Source: Eledone cirrhosa (taxonomy: Eukaryota). Taken from it: 64,000 nucleotides of DNA. Positions 1 to 12,600 of the stretch are shown here, piece by piece; the first letter of the stretch is position 1, and the number at the start of each line of letters is the position of its first letter. The notes under the pieces were generated by a model. The model made no database searches. It had not been told where the DNA came from and worked only from the letters and a program-made list of their open reading frames with translations. The position numbers and the translations under genes are program-made. The stretch lies in NCBI GenBank assembly GCA_964016885.1, contig OZ024741.1:218798001-218862000 (forward strand), written 5' to 3'.

Positions 1-193
1 GCCGTATCCGTCCGAAATTCTCTCATCTTTTTCTGTTCAAACCGGCTATAGCCGGCCATTCATACTTATGTTAAGGTATTGTTCTCAAAATAAATATTAT
101 CAAAATCTCATAGACTCAATATTATGTGAGATAAAGCCTTTACCATGAAAATACAATATTAAATATAGAGTAATGTAAATGGTAAAGGGTTAA
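1..193. mobile_element. Partial TTAA-ended (piggyBac-type) MITE, right end
   Basis: Ends ...taaatggtaaagggTTAA; body is similar to the reverse complement of the complete MITE at 18601-18848. Confidence 0.5.
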
Positions 194-339
194 CAGCAAC
201 ATTTTGTTGAAACTTGCCTGATAGATGTCACAGCCCTTGCTGACATAAAGACCTCTAAAAGCATTTGACAAATTCAATAAAAACAAAGACCTGGAAATAG
301 AAATTATCAGAATGTGGCATTTCAAAAGAATTACATTAC

Positions 340-411
340 CTGTAGATATTGTGACACCTGGACTGATATCCAAGGTGGTAAACAATTATATAGCCCAAAT
401 TACTGCCTACC
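340..411 (-). CDS. Candidate exon of an unidentified host gene
   Basis: ttttag acceptor, CAG|gtaatg donor; one fully open frame (VGSNLGYIIVYHLGYQSRCHNIYR). An overlapping plus-strand exon (346-420) is also possible. Confidence 0.25.
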
Positions 412-616
412 CTAAAACTGGTGAGTTGCAAAAACATCATTCTCATGAGTACTTCACAAATTTTGCACAAGTTTCTCTCTTTGTAGTCACAAAGTTTCTA
501 CATACAAATATATACAACGTTGATACAGATGAGCAAGACGGGGTCTCCTGGCCTGACTTGTCTCATAACTTGACAACCTGTCTAACTCATTCAAGGGTGG
601 AAAGTGGACCTTAAAC

Positions 617-900
617 GATGATGATGGTGGTGGTGGTGGTGGTGGTGGCGGGGATGATAATGATGATGGTGGTGGTGGTGGTGGTGGCGGAGATGATAAT
701 GATGATGGTGGTGGTGGTGGTGGTGGCGGAGATGATAATGATGATGGTGGTGGTGGTGGTGGTGGTGGTGGTGATGATGATAATGATGGTGGTGGCGGTG
801 AGGATGATGGTGGTGGTGGTGGTGGTGATAATGATGGTGATGGTGGTGGTGGTGGTGATGATGATGATGATGGTGATGGTGATGGTGGGATGATGATGAT
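617..900. repeat. (GAT/GGT)n compound microsatellite grown from a retroelement tail
   Basis: Follows ggaccttaaac-gatgatg, the 3' end shared by the RTE and SINE copies in this window. Confidence 0.9.
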
Positions 901-1069
901 AAACACACTCAAATATTTATATATGGTCCCGTGTAACTCCCGGGGGAGTTGTAGGGGAGTTGTATTGATATATGGCGTTTCTTGGGCATTTTAATCCTGG
1001 CAGAGCCCATCCCTCTCCAGGCCTGAGTACAGTAGATTTCAGAGAAAGACAGTTAGAGAGAGAAGAAAT

Positions 1070-1520
1070 AGAAAGAGATATAGAGGAAGAATCAACCCCC
1101 AGTACTAGACTGGTACTTTTTTTTATCGACCTCGAAAGGATGAAAGGCAAAGTTGCCCTCGGTGGGATTTGAACTCTGAGAGCAGAGAGCCGGCGAAGAG
1201 GAAAATGAGAAAGAGATATAGAGGAAGAATCAACCCCAGTACTAGACTGGTACTTTTTTTTATCGACCTCGAAAGGATGAAAGGCAAAGTTGACCTCAGC
1301 GGGATTTGAACTCTGAGAGCAGAGAGCCGGCGAAGAGGAAAATGAGAAAGAGATATAGAGGAAGAATCAACCCCAGTACTAGACTGGTACTTTTTTTTAT
1401 CGACCTCGAAAGGATGAAAGGCAAAGTTGACCTCAGCGGGATTTGAACTCTGAGAGCAGAGGGCTGAAATACCATAAAGTATTCTATCTGATATTCTAAC
1501 AACTCTGCCAATTCACCACC
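1070..1520 (-). repeat. Tandem triplication (~137-bp unit) of a SINE fragment plus flank
   Basis: agagatatagaggaagaatc recurs at 1074, 1212 and 1349, each followed by the SINE core ggatgaaaggcaaagttgacctc...gggatttgaactc. Confidence 0.85.
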
Positions 1521-1699
1521 TTCAATCAAATATATACACTCACTAATAGGTTGTAAACTAAAACTTGTAGATTATCTTATCAATCGTACAACTACATGGT
1601 ATATCACTTGTTAACACTGATCAGTCTGCTTTCTCTAGATTGAGATTTGGGGGGTAGATAATACAAACAAAAATAAAGTAAAAATAGAATAATAATAAT

Positions 1700-2413
1700 A
1701 ATTATTATTTTTACTTTTGGCACAAGGCCAGCAATTATGCCAGTGCATTACTGGTAGTTTATTTTATCGACCCCCGTAAGGATGAAAGGCAAAGTTAACC
1801 TCGGCGGGATTTGAACTCAGACCGTAAAGGGACTTAACTCTATGCTGGAAAGCATGACGTCCGACCCTCTACTGATATTGCCTATCGACTGCAATAATAA
1901 TTCTTTCTAGTTTAGGCACAAGGCCAGAAATTTGGAGGGGAGTGGGGAAATCTATTAAATCGACCCTGGTGCTTTATTTATGAACCCTGTAAGGATGAAA
2001 GGCAAAGTTAACCTTGGCGGGATTTGAACTCAGACCGTAAAGGGACATAACTATGCTGGAAAGCATGGCGTCTGACTCTCTACCGATACTGCCAATCTAC
2101 CGATTATTATATTAATAATAAAAATAATTGTTTCTACTTTAGGCACAAGGCCAGCAATTACTCAGTACATTACTGGTACTTTATTTTATCGACCCCGTAA
2201 GGATGAAAGGCAAAGTTAACCTTGGAGGGATTTGAACTCAGACCGTAAAGGGATGTAACTATGCTAGAAAGCATGGCTTCCAACCCTCTACCGATACTGC
2301 CAATTCACCAAGGTACAAGGCCAACAATTTTGGGAGAGGAGAAAGTCGATTAAATTAACCCAGTGTGTTACTGGTACTTTATTTTATCAACCCTGTAAAG
2401 GCAAAGTTGACCT
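1700..2413 (-). mobile_element. Head-to-tail cluster of four copies (one partial) of tRNA-derived SINE family A (Nin/Deu-like core)
   Basis: Minus strand shows B-box gagttcaaatccc, core gcctttcatccttacggggtcgataaaataaagtacc and an (ATT)n tail; the domain name is from recollection. Confidence 0.85.
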
Positions 2414-2414
2414 C

Positions 2415-2668
2415 AATAATAAAACAAGGAAGAGAGAACCTGTATAATTATAGATATCACATGTCTGGGAGACAAAAGAGAGGTGGAGAAAGAAGATGAA
2501 AACTTGGAAAGCTGTGACCACTTAAAATAGGAATTATATAAGTTATGGACAATGAAGAAAGTTGAAGTTATTCCCATTGTTGTAAGTGTTATGGGCTGTA
2601 TAAGTACTGAACTTCTTAAGTGGATAGAGAATACTGGAGTCAATCTGAAGATTGAACATCTACTGAAG
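2415..2668 (+). pseudogene. R4/Dong-type non-LTR fragment, restriction-like endonuclease C-terminus
   Basis: Translation CIIIDITCLGDKREVEKEDENLE..LK*ELYKLWTMKKVEVIPIVVSVMG matches the RLE consensus (IID..P.D...KE.EK..KY..L...W...V.VVPIVIGALG). Confidence 0.7.
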
Positions 2669-3290
2669 CAGGTGGAGAAGTTCAAGTATCCTGTGGCCCT
2701 GTTTACGAGTGATGGAAAGCAGGAGATTGTATTAAGTACAAGAATTACAGGAGCTGGTGCACCAGCTTCAGCATTCAGTAATCAGAAGAAGGGAGGTAGG
2801 TGTAAAAGCCAAACTCACTATCTTCGATTCAGTATTTGTGCCAAATCTTACCTAGGTTCATGAATCTTGGGTAATGACCGAAAGAAGGCGATTGTGAATA
2901 GAAGCGGCCAAAATGGGATTCCTCTGAAGGGTCTTTGGAGTAAAGTTACTTGATAGAGCACGTAGCTCAGAGATCAGAGAGTCACTCCAGATATAGCCAT
3001 TACTTCTCTGAATTGAGCGATCACAGCTCTGATACTATGGGTATTTGGTTAGAATGACTCGGGGAAAAAATCACTGGACAGATTTTACAGGCAAAGGCAA
3101 CCAGCAGGAGATCCAGGGGTAGATCTCGAGCAAGATAGTTGGATAACATCTATGAGCTTGGCTGGTCTCGCTTGGGGATCAAGCCAGATCAGTTGGAGAC
3201 AGTTGCTTCTAATAGGACCTTCTGGTAGGAGTTTTTGAGGATTCTGTCCTCACGACCCTCTCGAGAATAAGTGGGTGAAGAAGAAGAAGA
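2668..3290 (+). pseudogene. Decayed RTE-clade LINE 3' fragment
   Basis: QVEKFKY..FTSDGKQE, later WVMTER..IEAAKMGFL; ends in a (GAA)n tail. Confidence 0.65.
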
Positions 3291-3429
3291 CAATAACAAA
3301 ATATAACATTTGATGGGAGGGACTGTTCAGGTACTCCACAGAGTCCTCAAATGGAATGTACCCCCTCAGTCGACTGGTTATGGACACCTGGTACTTGGTT
3401 TCTAGTTCTGGCAAATTTGCTGTTACATA

Positions 3430-3855
3430 TGATAATGATAATGATATTTTTATTAGCCACAAAGGGCTTACATCAAGGAAACTTTAATGATGGCACAGGA
3501 CAGTACAATGAGGAGTTTTGAGTGCAAAAATTGCTTAACAAAAACAAAAAAAAAAACGTAAAAAATCTCAAACAAATAATATTTCTCCAATAAGACAGAG
3601 ACTTCCAAGGGTCACCTGTGTAGGAAGCCCACAAAAAAATTATAGCCACCCTGACTGCCAAGGCAAGTGCCCTCTTCCAGTTGACCTCCTCCAATCTATA
3701 GACATATACTCAGAGCAGGCCCATTCACTCAGACCATGCTTGCCACTCTCATCCACCTTTCAATTAACTGGTTAGAAGGCACCCCCCCCCCCCCCCACAC
3801 ACACACCTTGAGTTTCCTCTTCAAGTTAGACCTGAAAAAGTTTATCAGGGCTTTG
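3430..3855 (-). mobile_element. LINE 3' end, possibly Tx1/L1-like
   Basis: Minus strand has ORF remnant ALINFFRSNLKRKLK, T-rich UTR, AATAAA and an (ATCATT)n tail. Confidence 0.4.
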
Positions 3856-3874
3856 AATAATAATGATTTTTAAA

Positions 3875-4415
3875 AAAATAGGCACAAGGTCAGCAGTTTT
3901 GGGGAAAGCAGAGTTGATTATATCGACTCTAGTGTGTGACTGGTACTTTATTTGATCAACCTTGGTTGACCTCAGTGAGATTTGAACTCAGAAATGTAAA
4001 GAGCTGGAACAAATACTGTTAAGCCTTTTTCCAACGCTCTAACAACTCCACCAATCCATTGCTCTCTCAAATAATAATAATAGTTTCTGATTTAGACACA
4101 AGGCCAACAATTTGGAAAGAGGAGAAAGTTGATCAAATTGACCCCAGTGCATTACTGGTGCTTCATTTTTATTAACCCTGTAAGGATGAACAATAATAAT
4201 TGTTTCTATTTTAGGCACAAGGCCAGCAATTTTTTAGGGGAGGAGTAAGCCGATGAAATCGACACCAGTGCGTGACTGGTACTTTATTTTATCATCCCGG
4301 TAAGAATGAAAAGCAAAGCTAACCTTGGCTGGATTTAAACTCAGAACGTGAAGAGCCATAACTACATACCGCAATGCATGTTGTCCAACACTCTACCAAT
4401 ACTGACAATCCACCA
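3875..4415 (-). mobile_element. Cluster of three SINE family A copies
   Basis: Repeated ggcacaaggcca...ggtactttattttatc...gatttgaactcaga motifs separated by (AAT)n. Confidence 0.8.
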
Positions 4416-4454
4416 CCCAATAATAGTAGTAATAATAATAGTAGTAATAATAAT

Positions 4455-4670
4455 GCACTAGGTACTATCTCAAAGAGTTTCCAAGGATGGTTAAAGAAAA
4501 TTGGTCCCGCCCCGCTTTTTGGAACACTTCAAAAGGCATGCTTGCTGGGAACAGCAAGAACCCTCCGATACATCCTGAATATCTGAGGCTGCAGGTAGTG
4601 GCTTGATATTCATTTCAACAAACTTTCCAGTTAAATCACATCAATGACTGAGACTCAAAGAACAATAATA
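4455..4670 (+). pseudogene. R4/Dong-type non-LTR 3' end lying in (TAA)n
   Basis: ALGTISKSFQGWLKKIG..LQKACLLGTARTLRYILNI* matches the R4/Dong C-terminus; (AAT)n on both flanks. Confidence 0.75.
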
Positions 4671-4680
4671 ATATAAATAC

Positions 4681-4731
4681 CTGTATGTAGACATTGAATT
4701 TTCCAACTCGGGGAGCAGATATTTCACGTTT
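4681..4731 (-). CDS. Candidate 51-nt exon
   Basis: ttatttcag acceptor, CAG|gtattt donor; open frames KREISAPRVGKFNVYIQ or NVKYLLPELENSMSTY. Confidence 0.35.
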
Positions 4732-5271
4732 CTGAAATAAACAAATGGAAACATTTAGAAAGAGTAGAGAGCAATCTGGTGTAAAGACAGGTCAGATAGA
4801 TCTAGAAGGACGGGATTTTAGAAAACATTCTTTTTGAGGAAAAGACGACTATGTATAAAAATTAGTGAAGGAGCTGGGTGTAGGGCAGGGCCTGAGTATT
4901 TGAGCACAATATGAATGTGTGGAAGGAGGTGAGCTGATTGAGTCAGAGAGTGTCTGAGTTCTAGTGCAGGGCCTGAGTCATAGTGAGGGGCCTGAGTATT
5001 TACACACAATATGGAAGGTGAGAGATGACTGAGTTAAAGCATATTTAAGTGAAGGTGACAAGACACTAACCATCTCCAAGCAACAGTGGCCATTGTAGCA
5101 ATGATAGAAGTGGTAGCAAAAAGTTAGAGTGTATTTGGGAGTGATGTCATACTAATCATTTGAGTGAGTTTTCACAGGATGTTATCTAAGATATCTTTGT
5201 GTATGAAGCAGAGCTCCATTGTAATTCAAGGATGTATGTGTAGCAACAGCAACACTGTCCTAGATGTAAGA

Positions 5272-6650
5272 GCAGTACTGTATTGTGGATCTCAGGTGCC
5301 AGTGTGTATAGCAGCAGTACTGTATTGTGGATCTCAGGTGTCAGTGTGTATAGCAGCAGTACTGTATTGTGGATCTCAGGTGTCAGAGTGTATAGCAGCA
5401 GTACTGTATTGTGGATCTCAGGTGCCAGTGTGTATAGCAGCAGTACTGTATTGTGGATCTCAGGTGTCAGTGTGTATAGCAGCAGTACTGTATTGTGGAT
5501 CTCAGGTGTCAGAGTGTATAGCAGCAGTACTGTATTGTGGATCTCAGGTGCCAGTGTGTATAGCAGCAGTACTGTATTGTGGATCTCAGGTGCCAGTGTG
5601 TATAGCAGCAGTACTGTATTGTGGATCTCAGGTGCCAGTGTGTATAGCAGCAGTACTGTATTGTGGATCTCAGGTGTCAGTGTGTATAGCAGCAGTACTG
5701 TATTGTGGATCTCAGGTGCCAGTGTGTATAGCAGCAGTACTGTATTGTGGATCTCAGGTGTCAGAGTGTATAGCAGCAATACTGTATTGTGGATCTCAGG
5801 TGCCAGTGTGTATAGCAGCAGTCCTGTATTGTGGATCTCAGGTGTCAGAGTGTATAGCAGCAATAATGTATTGTGGATCTCAGGTGCCAGTGTGTATAGC
5901 AGCAATAATGTATTGTGGATCTCAGGTGCCAGTGTGTATAGCAGCAGTACTGTATTGTGGATCTCAGGTGTCAGAGTGTATAGCAGCAGTACTGTATTGT
6001 GGATCTCAGGTGTCAAAGTGTATAGCAGCAGTACTGTATTGTGGATCTCAGGTGCCAGTGTGTATAGCAGCAGTACTGTATTGTGGATCTCAGGTGCCAG
6101 TGTGTATAGCAGCAGTACTGTATTGTGGATCTCAGGTGCCAGTGTGTATAGCAGCAGTACTGTATTGTGGATCTCAGGTGTCAGAGTGTATAGCAGCAGT
6201 ACTGTATTGTGGATCTCAGGTGTCAGAGTGTATAGCAGCAGTACTGTATTGTGGATCTCAGGTGTCAGAGTGTATAGCAGCAGTACTGTATTGTGGATCT
6301 CAGGTGTCAGAGTGTATAGCAGCAATACTGTATTGTGGATCTCAGGTGCCAGTGTGTATAGCAGCAGTACTGTATTGTGGATCTCAGGTGTCAGAGTGTA
6401 TAGCAGCAATAATTGTTTCTACTTTAGGCACAAGGCCAGCAATTACCCAGAGTGCATTACTGGTACTTTATTTTATCGACCCCGTAAGGATGAAAGGCAA
6501 AGTCAACCTCAGCGGGATTTGAACTCAGATCGTAAAGGGACGTAACCATGCTGGAAAGCATGGCGTCCGACCCTCTACCGATACTGCCAATCCAGCAGCA
6601 ATAATGTATTGTGGATCTCAGGTACCAGTGTGTATAGCAGCAATACTGTA
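5272..6650. repeat. 42-bp tandem repeat, ~28 copies
   Basis: Unit gcagtactgtattgtggatctcaggtgccagtgtgtatagca; explains the three long repetitive ORFs. Confidence 0.97.
6414..6593 (-). mobile_element. Full-length SINE family A inserted into the 42-bp array
   Basis: 12-bp TSD agcagcaataat at 6402-6413 and 6594-6605. Confidence 0.92.
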
Positions 6651-6663
6651 TAGGGTTTCTCAG

Positions 6664-9600
6664 TATGTAACAACACTGTCCCAGATGTGGGAGCAGTACT
6701 GTATTGTGGGTCTAGGGTGTCTCTGTATGTAACAACACTGTCCCAGATGTGGGAGCAGTACTGTATTGTGAGTCTAGGGTGTCTCTGTATGTAACTACAC
6801 TGTCCCAGGTGTGGGAGCAGTACTATATTGTAGGTCTAGGGTGTCTCTGTATGTAACAACACTGTCCCAGATGTGGGAGCAGTACTGTATTGTGGGTCTA
6901 GGGTGTCTCTGTATGTAACAACACTGTCCCAGATGTGGGAGCAGTACTGTATTGTGAGTCTAGGGTGTCTCTGTATGTAACTACACTGTCCCAGGTGTGG
7001 GAGCAGTACTATATTGTAGGTCTAGGGTGTCTCTGTATGTAACAACACTGTCCCAGATGTGGGAGCAGTACTGTATTGTGGGTCTAGGGTGTCTCTGTAT
7101 GTAACAACACTGACTCAGATGTGGGAGCAGTACTGTATTGTGACCCTAGGGTGTCTCTGTATGTAACAACACTGTCCCAGATGTGGGAGCAGTACTGTAT
7201 TGTGGGTCTAGGGTGTCTCTGTATGTAACAACACTGTCCCAGATGTGGGAGCAGTACTGTATTGTGGGTCTAGGGTGTCTCTGTATGTAACAACACTGTC
7301 CCAGATGTGGGAGCAGTACTGTATTGTAGGTCTAGGGTGTCTCTGTATGTAACAACACTGTCCCAGATGTGGGAGTAGTACTGTATTGTGAGTCTAGGGT
7401 GTCTCTGTATGTAACAACACTGTCCCAGATGTGGGAGCAGTACTGTATTGTGGGTCTAGGGTGTCTCTGTATGTAACAACACTGTCCCAGATGTGGGAGC
7501 AGTACTGTATTGTAGGTCTAGGGTGTCTCTGTATGTAACAACACTGTCCCAGATGTGGGAGTAGTACTGTATTGTGAGTCTAGGGTGTCTCTGTATGTAA
7601 CAACACTGTCCCAGATGTGAGAGCAGTACTGTATTGTAGGTCCTAGGGTGTCTCAGTATGTAACAACACTGTCCCAGATGTGGGAGCAGTACTGTATTGT
7701 GGGTCTAGGGCGTCTCTGTATGTAACAACACTGTCCCAGATGTGGGAGCAGTACTGTATTGTAGGTCTAGAGTGTCTCTGTATGTAACAACACTGTCCCA
7801 GATGCGGGAGCAGTACTCTATTGTGGTCCTAGGGTGTCTCTGTATGTAACAACACTGTCCCAGATGTGGGAGCAGTACTGTATTGTGGTCCTAGGGTGTC
7901 TCTGTATGTAACAACACTGTCCCAGATGTGGGAGCAGTACTGTATTGTGGGTCTAGGGTGTCTCTGTATGTAACAACACTGTCCCAGATGTGGGAGCAGT
8001 ACTGTATTGTGGTCCTAGGGTGTCTCTGTATGTAACAACACTGTCCCAGATGTGGGAGCAGTACTGTATTGTGGGTCTAGGGTGTCTCTGTATGTAACAA
8101 CACTGTCCCAGATGTGGGAGCAGTACTGTATTGTGGTCCTAGGGTGTCTCTGTATGTAACAACACTGTCCCAGATGTGGGAGCAGTACTGTATTGTGGGT
8201 CTAGGGTGTCTCTGTATGTAACAACACTGTCCCAGATGTGGGAGCAGTACTGTATTGTGGGTCTAGGGTGTCTCTGTATGTAACAACACTGTCCCAGATG
8301 TGGGAGCAGTACTGTATTGTAGGTCTAGGGTGTCTCTGTATATAACAACACTGTCCCAGATGCGGGAGCAGTACTGTATTGTGGGTCTAGGGTGTCTCTG
8401 TATATAACAACACTGTCCCAGATGTGGGAGCTGTACTATATTGTAGGTCTAGAGTGTCTCTGTATGTAACAACACTGTCCTAGATGTGGGAGCAGTACTG
8501 TATTGTGACCCTAGGGTGTCTCTGTATGTAACAACACTGTCCCAGATGTGGGGGCAGTACTGTATTGTGGTCCTAGGGTGTCTCTGTATGTAACAACACT
8601 GTCCCAGATGTGGGAGCTGTACTGTATTGTGTGTCTAGGGTTTCTCTGTAAGTAACAACACTGTCCCAGATGTGGGAGCAGTACTGTATTGTAGGTCTAG
8701 AGTGTCTCTGTATGTAACAACACTGTCCCAGATGGGGGAGCAGTACTGTATTGTAGGTCTAGTGTGTCTCTGTATGTAACAACAGTGTCCCAGATGTGGG
8801 AGCAGTACTGTATTGTAGGTCTAGGGTGTCTCTGTATGTAACAACACTGTACCAGATGTGGGAGCAGTACTGTATTGTAGGTCTAGAGTGTCTCTGTATG
8901 TAACAACACTGTCCCAGATGTGGGAGCAGTACTGTATTGTAGGTCTAGGGTGTCTCAGTATGTAACAACACTGTCCCAGATATGGGAGCAGTCCTATATT
9001 GTAGGTCTAGGGTGTCTCTGTATATAACAACACTGTCCCAGATGTGGGAGCAGTACTGTATTGTAGGTCTAGGGTGTCTCTGTATGTAACAACACTGTCC
9101 CAGATGTGGGAGCAGTACTGTATTGTGAGTCTAGGGTGTCTCTGTATGTAACAACACTGTCCCAGATGTGGGAGCAGTACTGTATTGTGAGTCTAGGGTG
9201 TATCTGTATGTAACAACACTGTCCCAGATGTGGGAGCAGTACTGTATTGTGGGTCTAGGGTGTCTCTGTATGTAACAACACTGTCCTAGATGTGGGAGCA
9301 GTACTGTATTGTGGTCCTAGGGTGTCTCTGTATGTAACAACACTGTCCCAGATGTGGGAGCAGTACTGTATTGTAGGTCTAGGGTGTCTCTGTATGTAAC
9401 AACACTGTCCTAGATGTGGGAGCAGTACTGTATTGTGGTCCTAGGGTGTCTCTGTATGTAACAACACTGTCCCAGATGTGGGAGCAGTACTGTATTGTAG
9501 GTCTAGGGTGTCTCTCTATGTAACAACACTGTCCCAGATGTGGGAGTAGTACTGTATTGTGGGTCTAGGGTGTCTCTGTATGTAACAACACTGTCCCAGA

Positions 9601-12600
9601 TGTGGGAGCAGTACTGTATTGTGGTCCTAGGGTGTCTCTGTATGTAACAACACTGTCCCAGATGTGGGAGCAGTAATGTATTGTGGGTCTAGGGTGTCTC
9701 TGTATGTAACAACACTGTCCCAGATGTGGGAGCAGTACTGTATTGTGGTCCTAGGGTGTCTCTGTATGTAACAACACTGTCTCAGATGTGGGAGCAGTAT
9801 TGTATTGTGGTCCTAGGGTGTCTCTATATGTAACAACACTGTCCCAGATGTGGGAGTAGTACTGTATTGTGAGTCTAGGGTGTCTCTGTATGTAACAACA
9901 CTGTCCCAGATGTGGGAGCAGTACTGTATTGTGGTCCTAGGGTGTCTCTATATGTAACAACACTGTCCCAGATGTGGGAGCAGTACTGTATTGTAGGTCT
10001 AGGGTGTCTCTGTATGTAACAACACTGTCCTAGATGTGGGAGCAGTACTGTATTGTGGTCCTAGGGTGTCTCTATATGTAACAACACTGTCCCAGATGTG
10101 GGAGCAGTACTGTATTGTGGTCCTAGGGTGTCTCTGTATGTAACAACACTGTCCCAGATGTGGGAGCAATACTGTATTGTAGGTCTAGGGTGTCTCTGTA
10201 TGTAACAACACTGTCCCAGATGTGGGAGCAGTACTGTATTGTAGGTCTAGGGTGTCTCTGTATATAACAACACTGTCCTAGATGTGGGAGCAGTACTGTA
10301 TTGTAGGTCTAGGGTGTCTCTGTATGTAACAACACTGTCCCAGATGTGGAAGCAGTACTGTATTGTAGGTCTAGGGTGTCTCTGTATGTAACAACACTGT
10401 CCTAGATGTGGGAGCAGTACTGTATTGTAGGTCTAGGGTGTCTCTGTATGTAACAACACTGTCCTAGATGTGGGAGCAGTACTGTATTGTAGGTCTAGGG
10501 TGTCTCTGTATGTAACAACACTGTCCCAGATGTGGGAGCAGTACTGTATTGTGGTCCTAGGGTGTCTCTGTATGTAACAACACTGTCCCAGATGTGGGAG
10601 CAGTACTGTATTGTAGGTCTAGAGTGTCTCTGTATGTAACAACACTGTCCCAGATGTGGGAGCAGTACTGTATTGTGGGTCTAGGGTGTCTCTGTATGTA
10701 ACAACACTGTCCTAGATGCGGGAGCAGTACTGTATTGTGGTCCTAGGGTGTCTCTGTATGTAACAACACTGTCCCAGATGTGGGAGCAGTACTGTATTGT
10801 GGGTCTAGGGTGTCTCTGTATGTAACAACACTGTCCCAGATGTGGGAGCAGTACTGTATTGTAGCTCTAGGGTGTCTCTGTATGTAACAACACTGTACCA
10901 GATGTGGGAGCAGTACTGTATTGTGGGTCTAGGTTGTCTCTGTATGTAACAACACTGTACCAGATGTGGGAGCAGTACTGTATTGTGGGTCTAGGGTTTC
11001 TCTGTATGTAACAACACTGTACCAGATGTGGGAGCAGTACTGGATTGTGAGTCTATGGTGTCTCTCTACGTAACAACACTGTCCCAGATGTGGGAGCAGT
11101 ACAGTATTGTACGTCTAGGATGTCTCAGTATGTAACAATACTGTCCCAGATGTGGGAGCAGTACTGTATTGTGGTCCTAGGGTGTCTCTGTATGTAACAA
11201 CACTGTCCCAGATGTGGGAGCAGTACTGTATTGTGGGTCTAGGGTGTCTCTGTATGTAACAACACTGTCCCAGATGTGGGAGCAGTACTGTATTGTGGTC
11301 CTAGGGTGTCTCTGTATGTAACAACACTGTCCCAGATGTGGGAGCAGTACTGTATTGTGGTCCTAGAGTGTCTCTGTATGTAACAACACTATCCCAGATG
11401 TGGGAGCAGTACTGTATTGTGGTCCTAGGGTGTCTCTGTATGTAACAACACTGTCCCAGATGTGGGAGCAGTACTGTATTGTAGGTCTAGGGTGTCTCTG
11501 TAAGTAACAACACTGTCCCAGATGTGGAAGCAGTACTGTATTGTGGGTCTAGGGTGTCTCTGTATGTAACAACACTGTCCCAGATGTGGGAGCAGTACTG
11601 TATTGTAGGTCTAGGGTGTCTCTGTATATAACAACACTGTCCCAGATGCGGGAGCAGTACTGTATTGTGGGTCTAGGGTGTCTCTGTATATAACAACACT
11701 GTCCCAGATGTGGGAGCAGTACTGTATTGTGGTCCTAGGGTGTCTCTGTATGTAACAACACTGTCCCGAATGTGGGAGCTGTACTGTATTGTAGGTCTAC
11801 GGTGTCTCTGTATGTAACAACACTGTCCCAGATGTGGGAGCAGTACTGTATTGTGGACCTAGGGTGTCTCAGTATGTAACAACACTGTCCCAGATGTGGG
11901 AGCAGTACTGTATTGTGACCCTAGGGTGTCTCTGTATGTAACAACACTGTCCCAGATGTGGGAGCAGTACTGTATTGTGGTCCTAGGGTGTCTCTGTATG
12001 TAACAACACTGTCCCAGATGTGGGAGCAGTACAGTATTGTAGGTCTAGGGTGTCTCTGTATGTAACAACACTGTCCTAGATGTGGGAGCAGTACTGTATT
12101 GTGGGTCTAGGGTGTCTCTGTATATAACTACACTGTCCCAGATGTGGGAGCTGTACTATATTGTAGGTCTAGAGTGTCTCTGTATGTAACAACACAGTCC
12201 CAGATGTGGGGGCAGTACTGTATTGTGGTCCTAGGGTGTCTCTGTATGCAACAACACTGTCCCAGATGTGGGAGCTGTACTGTATTGTGTGTCTAGGGTT
12301 TCTCTGTAAGTAACAACACTGTCCCAGATGTGGGAGCAGTACTGTATTGTAGGTCTAGAGTGTCTCTGTATGTAACAACACAGTCCCAGATGTGGGGGCA
12401 GTACTGTATTGTGGTCCTAGGGTGTCTCTGTATGCAACAACACTGTCCCAGATGTGGGAGCTGTACTGTATTGTGTGTCTAGGGTTTCTCTGTAAGTAAC
12501 AACACTGTCCCAGATGGGGGAGCAGTACTGTATTGTAGGTCTAGTGTGTCTCTGTATGTAACAGTGTCCCAGATGTGGGAGCAGTACTGTATTGTAGGTC

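Noticed and set aside
5164-6545. 400-450 aa repetitive ORFs
   Set aside because: By-product of a 42-bp unit that is open in three frames and runs into a SINE
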